Positions 50,513-57,073 of a stretch of 64,000 nt of DNA are shown in pieces. Below the pieces are notes generated by a model. That model was not told the DNA's origin. It worked only from the letters and a program-made list of their open reading frames with translations, and did no database searches. How positions within the stretch are numbered: position 1 is the first letter of the stretch; each line of letters begins with the position of its first letter. The DNA comes from an uncultured Clostridium sp. Lineage in GTDB: Bacteria; Bacillota; Clostridia; UBA1212; UBA1255. The translations under genes and the position numbers were made by a program. The stretch lies in contig UQSG01000004.1 in assembly GCA_900543695.1 (NCBI GenBank), positions 14,331 to 78,330 on the forward strand. Reading direction: 5' to 3'.

Positions 50513-50710
50513 CTACAGCAAAGCACATTGAAATTGCGTTTTGCTCCTTGATGTAACCAATACAATATATGATTGGTTACATCCGCGTAATAGCTATACC
50601 TATTTTCAGGTTTCCCGTGCCGAAAAATATTTATTCAAAGCACAAAGGTTGCTTTCTCCTACTGTCAACAGCAGCTGGCACAAAATGCGCCTCGGCAGTG
50701 AACTGCCATT

Positions 50711-50922
50711 GAATCTGCTGCTTTTCATTTTAATTCTTTTAATACTTCGCCGATATCCCCATTAATACAGATTGACCGCTCCCCAATTTCCCTTGGCGCA
50801 TAGGCCTCCCCGTAATTCACACAGGCATACACAGCTCCCGGGTTCTGATACGTCATCCTCCAGAACGGATACTTGATGATGACGGGGGTATTATGTTCCT
50901 TGCGCACCCGAAATAAAGTCAT
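50711..50922 (-). repeat. copy D of the Sir2-gene 3'-end repeat (65-codon open remnant)
   Basis: ORF 50725-50922, MTLFRVRKEHNTPVIIKYPFWRMTYQNPGAVYACVNYGEAYAPREIGERSICINGDIGEVLKELK, aligns with the C-terminus of the 281-aa Sir2 protein. The post-stop motif is AAGCAGCAGATTCAATGG. Its ATG lies 2 nt after the upstream ATPase stop. Confidence 0.85.
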
Positions 50923-50924
50923 TT

Positions 50925-52385
50925 TTATAGTTTTCCGTTTTGTCCCTCTGCTTCTGCCTTTCCTAAGAGATAGAGGAAGGCGGTGGCTGGGACGCGCAGA
51001 ATGGGTACTTTTGTTTCGTGTTTGGTGGTGCCAAAATCATCAAGCCGTTTTGTGATTAAAAAGGCGTCTGTGACTTTGGATTTTTCGTCCTGGCATAGCT
51101 CGACAATAGCATCCGCCGCCGCGATATGGGAATTGTTGCGGTATTTCACTTCGCAGAGAATCTTCTGGCGGGGAAGCTCTACCACCACATCAACCTCTTT
51201 CTGATTGTCCTTTGCCTTTCTGAAATAGCCGAGGCTTGCCGTGCTACCCTGATAGAAGGAAACCATATGCTTGTAGACGGTGGTTTCCACCATTGCGCCC
51301 AGCTCCTTTTCGTCCGAAAGCACATCGTCAATCATCAGCACTGCATTGCGGATGGCCGCATCTGCAATAAAAATTTTCGGTTTTCCTTTTAGCGCGCCCT
51401 TGCTGCCCACATCCACCGGCTTTGCCAGATAAATGAGATTGGACATTTCCAGCGCCTTGATGTAGCTTTCAATGGTTGTGATAGAGGTATTCTCCAGTTC
51501 TTTCGCCGCCGTTGTTGCGTTAAAAATTTCCGTGGAGTTCATACACAGATAGAGAAACAGTTTTTCCATCAAAAACGGGCTTCGGATATTAAAGAGGGAC
51601 AGCACATCCCGCTTGATTACCTTATCCACCACATCCTCCCGCAGCATTCTCTGCGCGTAGGCGTCATCGTCCGATAGTACCAGCTCCGGGAAACCGCCGA
51701 TCATAAGATAACGGTTAAAATGATTTTGCAGCGGGGTGAACTGATCCATTAAATCGCCAAGCTGCGCCGGACTCATACTTTTAAGCTCGGATAAGCGTAA
51801 ATCATCCGGCAGGAGCGGCAAATCCAGATCAAGCAGCCTGCAATACTCATAAAAGGACATCGTCGGTATTTTCAGAACGCTCCACCGTCCTGTGCCGCTG
51901 TCTGCGGAACCCTTTTCCAAAACAGGGCTGGCGGATCCCGTGGCGATCAGCCGGATATCCTTCCGGCTGTCGTAGATTACCTTCATCCAGAGTTCCCAAT
52001 TATCGGTGTACTGCACTTCATCAAAGAAAACATACCTTGTGCCAGTGATAGGGTACATCGCTTCATAAATGGACAGCACATTCTCCGCGCTTTCGAGTTT
52101 CAGAATCGGATTATCAAAGGTAGCGTACAGGATATTTCTGGGATTTACGCCTTCGTCAATCAGGTGGTCGATGATCTGATACAGAATCGTCGTTTTGCCC
52201 ACGCGCCTCATGCCGGATAAAACGGCAAACCTTCGGATACTCTTATGGGTGAGCGTTTTCAAAGCCTCGTAATAGGCCAGTCTCTTCTGCGGCTTGCTTT
52301 CTTCCTTGATGGCAGAAGGTATGCGCCACCACGGGTTATATTGCCGCAATACTTTTATGACCTGTTCATCATTTACAATCGCCAT
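50925..52385 (-). CDS. AAA+ ATPase with DUF4143-type C-terminal domain, cassette 3
   Basis: 486 aa from ATG 52383-52385 (GGAGG 7 nt upstream). GMRRVGKTT, YVFFDEVQ. C-terminus EVDVVVE...LCEVKYR. Confidence 0.85.
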   Translation of the reverse strand: MAIVNDEQVIKVLRQYNPWWRIPSAIKEESKPQKRLAYYEALKTLTHKSIRRFAVLSGMRRVGKTTILYQIIDHLIDEGVNPRNILYATFDNPILKLESAENVLSIYEAMYPITGTRYVFFDEVQYTDNWELWMKVIYDSRKDIRLIATGSASPVLEKGSADSGTGRWSVLKIPTMSFYEYCRLLDLDLPLLPDDLRLSELKSMSPAQLGDLMDQFTPLQNHFNRYLMIGGFPELVLSDDDAYAQRMLREDVVDKVIKRDVLSLFNIRSPFLMEKLFLYLCMNSTEIFNATTAAKELENTSITTIESYIKALEMSNLIYLAKPVDVGSKGALKGKPKIFIADAAIRNAVLMIDDVLSDEKELGAMVETTVYKHMVSFYQGSTASLGYFRKAKDNQKEVDVVVELPRQKILCEVKYRNNSHIAAADAIVELCQDEKSKVTDAFLITKRLDDFGTTKHETKVPILRVPATAFLYLLGKAEAEGQNGKL

Positions 52386-52464
52386 AATACACCTCCATAA
52401 TACTATATTTCCAACGAGGTTTTGCAATTATACTATCGCTTTTATCTCGGAGTTTGTAAAGTAT

Positions 52465-52493
52465 ATTATATCAACAGCCAAAATGAATTGCAA
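52465..52493 (-). promoter_or_regulatory. putative promoter of cassette 3
   Basis: Minus strand: TTGCAA (52488-52493), 17 nt, TATAAT (52465-52470). Confidence 0.5.
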
Positions 52494-52644
52494 GCTATCT
52501 TTTAGAAACAGACGCATCCCTGTCATCATCTTCATTTTACCCTATCTTCATCATTATGCTCGGAAATGACAGAGATTAGCATGGTGTCGACGGAGATAAT
52601 ATTCCTATTTTTGTGTATTGATATATTTTTATCGGAACACCTTT

Positions 52645-52855
52645 GAATCTGCTGTTTTCATTTTAATTTTTTTATTACTTCGCCAATATCCTCATCAATG
52701 CAGATAGAACGATTCACAATTTCTCTTGGCGCATAGGCTTCCCCCAGGTTGACGCAGGCATAAACCGCCCGGAGATTCTCCGCTGTCATTCTCCAGAAGG
52801 AAAATTTCACTATGCCGGGAGTGTTATGTTTATTGCGCACCAAAAATGAAATCAT
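52645..52855 (-). repeat. copy C of the Sir2-gene 3'-end repeat (65-codon open remnant)
   Basis: ORF 52658-52855: MISFLVRNKHNTPGIVKFSFWRMTAENLRAVYACVNLGEAYAPREIVNRSICIDEDIGEVIKKLK. Positions 52694-52816 differ from 56261-56383 (copy A) at a single position by eye. Confidence 0.9.
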
Positions 52856-52900
52856 TCAGAACTTGTAAAGCAAGAATCGGCCTTATTTGCAGCCTTTTCC

Positions 52901-53899
52901 TTATAATGCGTTAATTTCCTTCTCCAGTTCTCCAACAGCTTCCATCATGGTTTCAAAAGATGGAATCTCCCCATAGAGCATATTCCGCATGGCAGAGTAA
53001 TCTTCCTGCAGCGCACCCAGGCGGTATGACGGAGGAAGCAGCTTTAAGGTGGCCGGAACAGCCTCCGGGTAGCGCGCCCAGGCCCGCGGATAAAACTTTA
53101 TCTTGAAATCGACCACTTTCTGCAGCAGGTCCAGCCGTTCAAACGCTTTTTCCTTCACAGGCGATTTCGCCATACAGTAAAGGTCATAATAATGACGGGA
53201 ATACCGCTGGGGCATGGAAAGGTGTTCAGGCCGGTTGGCCTCATGGTGAAGGATCGTCGCCTTTTCCCAGAAAGTCCGCTCCGGCGCCACCGTCAGAACA
53301 GGAACCTCTTTCTGCTTGAATAATTGCGGGTACTGTTCTGCGGCATACGGTACAATATCCACCAGCTCTGCCGGTGTCCAGGCTGCCAGCGCTCCAATCT
53401 CCAACCGAATCACCTGTAAGGTAGAGGCATCGGTAAATAGGTTTGGGTAAGCAAAGATCACCGTCTGTTTATCTTCCTCGTCTATGTAAAGATTGGCCGG
53501 AAGGCCCAATTCAGCAGAAAGCCCTTCCCGGACCTGCGGGCAGAAGGTTTCTGCCAGGAAAACCTCGGCCTTTCGGTTCGCCTCTTTATTGAAGGCATCC
53601 TGCTTGGTGTTTGAGCGTTTTTCCCAGGGTTCATTGACACCATACCCCAGGACACACCAATCCAGAATCAGATCAATGTCCTCGGAAAACCGGCCGATAA
53701 GGTGATACCCTTTGGATAAACTGGTCCCACCCTTAAATGTGACCGCCTTTTTCCACGGAGAGCGATGGAACAAGTAATCCAACGTCAGGCATACCCAAAA
53801 ATCCTTTTCCACAATGGCATCGTGAAGGCCGGTTTTTGCTGCGGTGTTATGAAACAGCTCCCGCCGGTCATCAGCCGGAAGTCTGGCAATCTCAATCAT
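52901..53899 (-). CDS. nucleotidyltransferase AbiEii/AbiGii-family toxin (DUF1814)
   Basis: 332 aa. ...EKDFWVCLTLDYLF......FKGGTSLSKGY..I.RFSEDIDL. Its start overlaps the upstream antitoxin-like gene (ATGATTGA). Confidence 0.85.
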   Translation of the reverse strand: MIEIARLPADDRRELFHNTAAKTGLHDAIVEKDFWVCLTLDYLFHRSPWKKAVTFKGGTSLSKGYHLIGRFSEDIDLILDWCVLGYGVNEPWEKRSNTKQDAFNKEANRKAEVFLAETFCPQVREGLSAELGLPANLYIDEEDKQTVIFAYPNLFTDASTLQVIRLEIGALAAWTPAELVDIVPYAAEQYPQLFKQKEVPVLTVAPERTFWEKATILHHEANRPEHLSMPQRYSRHYYDLYCMAKSPVKEKAFERLDLLQKVVDFKIKFYPRAWARYPEAVPATLKLLPPSYRLGALQEDYSAMRNMLYGEIPSFETMMEAVGELEKEINAL

Positions 53900-54512
53900 T
53901 TTCTCTTTCTCCTTTGCAGAGCTCTTTCATCACAGTGTAAATCCAATCCGTCGCTTCGGCCCCTTCTGCAAGGAGCGCCGCCTTTTCATCTTCATTCAGC
54001 CTGCGGGAAAGCACCCGTATGGTTTTTTCATCCACATGTTCTTTTCCCAGGGTCTTTAACGCCTGGATCACCAGGATCGTCATAGGCGACAGGCCCGTGA
54101 CCTCCTTGTTGGTCCGGTGCTTAAATTCAATCTTTGTCTTATCCCATTCATAGGTTTTATATGGCCCATCGCTGATATAGGACCATACTGCCGTTACCTG
54201 GGTTGACAGCCCCAGCATATTTAATGCGGTATCTCCACAGGGAGCGATAGTCCAATGATAGCATCTCGCCAGTGCTTTGGCAACCGCATCCGGGTCCGCC
54301 GCCACATATTCCCCAAGAAGCTTGCTGAATTTCGGCTTTTCAAAGACTCCTTTCAAAATACGCCTGAGTGTACCAGCCTGCACAAGCCGGTTCAGGTTTC
54401 TGCGTATGGTCTCGCTGTCCGCTACATCCGAAAAATCGGAAACAATAAAAATCGTACCGTCAGGAGCCGTACCAATGCGGTTTTGGATCTGTTTCGCATA
54501 ACTGTATGCCAT
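53892..54512 (-). CDS. AbiEi-like antitoxin / transcriptional regulator (DUF6088-like)
   Basis: About 206 aa from ATG 54510-54512 (8 nt after GGAGG). ...FSDVADSETIRRNLNRLVQAGTLRRILKGVF is wHTH-like. Genetically coupled to AbiEii. Confidence 0.7.
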   Translation of the reverse strand: MAYSYAKQIQNRIGTAPDGTIFIVSDFSDVADSETIRRNLNRLVQAGTLRRILKGVFEKPKFSKLLGEYVAADPDAVAKALARCYHWTIAPCGDTALNMLGLSTQVTAVWSYISDGPYKTYEWDKTKIEFKHRTNKEVTGLSPMTILVIQALKTLGKEHVDEKTIRVLSRRLNEDEKAALLAEGAEATDWIYTVMKELCKGEREND

Positions 54513-54536
54513 GCGCATCGCCTCCTTTGTCCCGTT

Positions 54537-54576
54537 TATTATATATTATTCGGGACAAAAAAGCAATGGACCTGTC
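54537..54576 (-). promoter_or_regulatory. AbiE cassette promoter with embedded 8-bp inverted repeat (candidate AbiEi operator)
   Basis: Minus strand: TTGCTT (54571-54576), 17 nt, TATAAT (54548-54553). The perfect inverted repeat TTGTCCCG (54561-54568) / CGGGACAA (54537-54544) brackets the -10 element. Confidence 0.55.
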
Positions 54577-54671
54577 CCTTTTCCTAAAGGGTCCCCAAGA
54601 AAAGACTTCTCCATACATCATACATCATGGCAAAACAAAGCGTGCTATTATGTCCCGGTAACGAATAGCCA

Positions 54672-54872
54672 ATGAATCTGCTGTTTTTTATTTTATTTTT
54701 TTAATACTTCGCCGATATCTCCGTCAATGCAGATTGAACGATTCGCAATTTCTCCCGGCGCATAAGCTTCCCCCAGGTTGACGCAGGCATAGATTGCTTT
54801 GGGATTTTCCGCCGTCATCTTCCAGAAAGAAAATTTCACTATACCCGGAGTGTTATGTTTATTGCACACCAC
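54672..54872 (-). repeat. copy B of the Sir2-gene 3'-end repeat (59-codon open remnant, no ATG)
   Basis: Hand translation of 54872->54693 gives VVCNKHNTPGIVKFSFWKMTAENPKAIYACVNLGEAYAPGEIANRSICIDGDIGEVLKK*. It begins 4 nt after the ATPase stop (54875-54877). Post-stop motif AAACAGCAGATTCATTGG. Confidence 0.85.
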
Positions 54873-54874
54873 TT

Positions 54875-56071
54875 TTATTCCTGCAATAGCCAGTCGGCAA
54901 TATCATAGATTTCAATCCCTTCATAGCTATATTTCGGATGCCGTGTCCGGGCAATGATCATTTTGGGATAAGCATCCCGAATTTGCAGTAACGGCTGGCT
55001 CTCCCTTTCAAGCGTTTTCGGATCTGAAATATTGTCACTGACCTGAATATAAATTTTTTCGTCTCCTTTTTGTGCTACAAAATCGATTTCCTTTTGATAC
55101 AACTTTCCCACGTATACATCATATTCCCTGCGGAGCAATTCGATACAAACCATGTTCTCATATACTCTGCCGTAATCCATATTTCTGCTCCCAAGAATCG
55201 CATACCGGATACCTGTATCACACAGATAAAATTTTTCAGAACTTTCCAAATATTTCTTTCCGCGAATATCATATCGCTTGATGTCGTAAAAGACAAAAGC
55301 GTTACACAAATACCTGATATATTTGCCCACAGTTACGTGATTGGTTATTGTTTTATTCGCTGTAAGGAGTTGGCTGACCTTATTCGGAGAAGTCAGATTG
55401 CTGATATTGTCCATAAGAAACTCGCTTAGTCGCCGTAATACCAATGTGTCCGGCAATGAATACTTCTGCACAAGATCTCTTGTAACGATCGTTTCATAGA
55501 CCTCCTTGATATAGCGGATTCTGTCTGCTTCTGTTTTATAAACGTAAGAGCCTGCCAATCCTCCTCTTATGGAATAAGCCTCAAACAAATTCTCTTTATC
55601 ATCAGTTTCATCATAATACCGACAGTATTCCCGAAAACTGAAAGGGAACACATGAATCTCAATATAACGTCCGGTAAATAGAGTTGCCAGATCCGCACTC
55701 AGCAAAAATGCGTTGGAGCCTGTAACATAAATATCATATTTCCGCTTCGAGTAAAGACTGTTGACCGCCAGCTCAAAACTCGGACACATTTGAACTTCAT
55801 CCACAAAAAGATAGTTTGTTTTTCCTGCTTGATAATGTTCTTCTACATACGCATGAAACGAATGATATTCTTTGAGATTTTCATAGGCCATATCCATAAA
55901 GTCAATAAAAATGATATTGATGTTTTCAAAATGACCTTTTAAATACTCGATGTATGCCCTCATCAATTCTGATTTTCCCGACCGGCGGATACCAGTAATA
56001 ATTTTAATGTCCGGAGTTTGATTTAGCTCGATGATCCTATTTAGATACTCCGTTCTCGTTATTATTTTCAT
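54875..56071 (-). CDS. AAA+ ATPase with DUF4143-type C-terminal domain (nuclease-like motif degenerate), cassette 1
   Basis: 398 aa from ATG 56069-56071 (GGAGG 5 nt upstream). GIRRSGKSE, YLFVDEVQ. The C-terminus EIDFVAQ...YIQVSD has Q/S where the paralogues have E/K. Confidence 0.85.
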   Translation of the reverse strand: MKIITRTEYLNRIIELNQTPDIKIITGIRRSGKSELMRAYIEYLKGHFENINIIFIDFMDMAYENLKEYHSFHAYVEEHYQAGKTNYLFVDEVQMCPSFELAVNSLYSKRKYDIYVTGSNAFLLSADLATLFTGRYIEIHVFPFSFREYCRYYDETDDKENLFEAYSIRGGLAGSYVYKTEADRIRYIKEVYETIVTRDLVQKYSLPDTLVLRRLSEFLMDNISNLTSPNKVSQLLTANKTITNHVTVGKYIRYLCNAFVFYDIKRYDIRGKKYLESSEKFYLCDTGIRYAILGSRNMDYGRVYENMVCIELLRREYDVYVGKLYQKEIDFVAQKGDEKIYIQVSDNISDPKTLERESQPLLQIRDAYPKMIIARTRHPKYSYEGIEIYDIADWLLQE

Positions 56072-56130
56072 ATGCGCCTCCGCTTTCAAAAAATGAATAT
56101 TTTTATTTTTTGAAACTACTCTTGGGATTT

Positions 56131-56159
56131 ATTATACGATCATCAGATAGTATATGCAA
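56131..56159 (-). promoter_or_regulatory. putative promoter of cassette 1
   Basis: Minus strand: TTGCAT (56154-56159), 17 nt, TATAAT (56131-56136). Confidence 0.5.
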
Positions 56160-56215
56160 GCAGCCGATTTCAAAACTGAAATTTTTTTATTTTTTTGAAA
56201 GCAGGCAAAAGCTAG

Positions 56216-56392
56216 ATATCTGCTGTTTTATACTTGTTTTAGCACCTCTCCAATATCCCCATCAATGCAGATAGAACGATTCACAATTTCTCTTGGCGCA
56301 TAGGCTTCCCCCAGGTTGACGCAGGCATAAACCGCCCGGGGATTCTCCGCTGTCATTCTCCAGAAGGAAAATTTCACTATGCCCGGGGTGTT
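56216..56392 (-). repeat. copy A of the repeat = authentic 3' end of the intact Sir2-family gene
   Basis: Codons ...NTPGIVKFSFWRMTAENPRAVYACVNLGEAYAPREIVNRSICIDGDIGEVLKQV* plus the post-stop AAACAGCAGATATC. Confidence 0.9.
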
Positions 56393-57073
56393 CATGCCTA
56401 CACCCAGCTCAAGATAAAGTACGGACATTCCTTCGTGGCGTCTGATAAAATCCGTATACCGGTCGGAGGCGCGGCGCCATCCGTCGTCCTCCACAAATTT
56501 ATCGTCGGAGCGGAGATTCATTGTCATTGGAGCGCTGCAGACCGGGCAGTACGGAATCAGCTCCGTCGGGATCCGCATTTCTTTTTGCCGTTTTACCATC
56601 AGGAGAATGGTTTCTCTGTTGTCATAGGTTTTCTGGCAGCAGGGCCTTGCGCACTGCCACAAACCGTAATCTCCCTGCGTATAGAAGAGACGCTTTTTGT
56701 CAAATCCGGCTTTTTGAAAGCAGTGGTCCACATTGGTGGTAAGGACAAAGTAATCCTTCTCTCTGACGAGCTCGTACAGCTCGGTGTAAACCGGCTTCGG
56801 CGCATCGCTGTAGCGATTGAGGAAAACATACCGGCTCCAGTATGCCCAGTATTCCTCCAGCGTCTTATATGGGTAAAAGCCGCCGGAATACATATCATGA
56901 AAACCGTATTTTTCTTCAAAATCCGCAAAATATTTCCGGAATCGTTCTCCGTCATATACAAACCCGGCCGAGGTGGAAAGCCCTGCCCCTGCGCCGATCA
57001 GGACGGCGTCTGTTTTGTCCAGAATTTCCCGAAGCTGCTCGGTTGTGCTCTTTGTGCGGATTCGTTTTGTCAT
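56228..57073 (-). CDS. Sir2-family protein, macrodomain-linked (SirTM-like) type
   Basis: 281 aa. GAGAGLSTSAG, TTNVDH, a Cys4 zinc module (CARPCC...CPVC), LELGVGMNTPG. Its start overlaps the macrodomain gene stop (ATGA). Confidence 0.85.
   Translation of the reverse strand: MTKRIRTKSTTEQLREILDKTDAVLIGAGAGLSTSAGFVYDGERFRKYFADFEEKYGFHDMYSGGFYPYKTLEEYWAYWSRYVFLNRYSDAPKPVYTELYELVREKDYFVLTTNVDHCFQKAGFDKKRLFYTQGDYGLWQCARPCCQKTYDNRETILLMVKRQKEMRIPTELIPYCPVCSAPMTMNLRSDDKFVEDDGWRRASDRYTDFIRRHEGMSVLYLELGVGMNTPGIVKFSFWRMTAENPRAVYACVNLGEAYAPREIVNRSICIDGDIGEVLKQV

Noticed and set aside
49000-56230. Annotating the island as a mobile element (IS, transposon, ICE or prophage remnant)
   Set aside because: I looked through all six frames of the track in this interval. 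I found no integrase, transposase or recombinase-like ORF and no terminal inverted repeats, so I report repeats and cassettes rather than a mobile_element call.
50711-56392. Regularly spaced repeats that could be mistaken for a CRISPR array
   Set aside because: The repeat units are ~200 bp and derive from a protein-coding 3' end. The intervening segments are 1.3-2 kb and encode complete genes with promoters. There are no 25-40-bp repeats and no cas genes.
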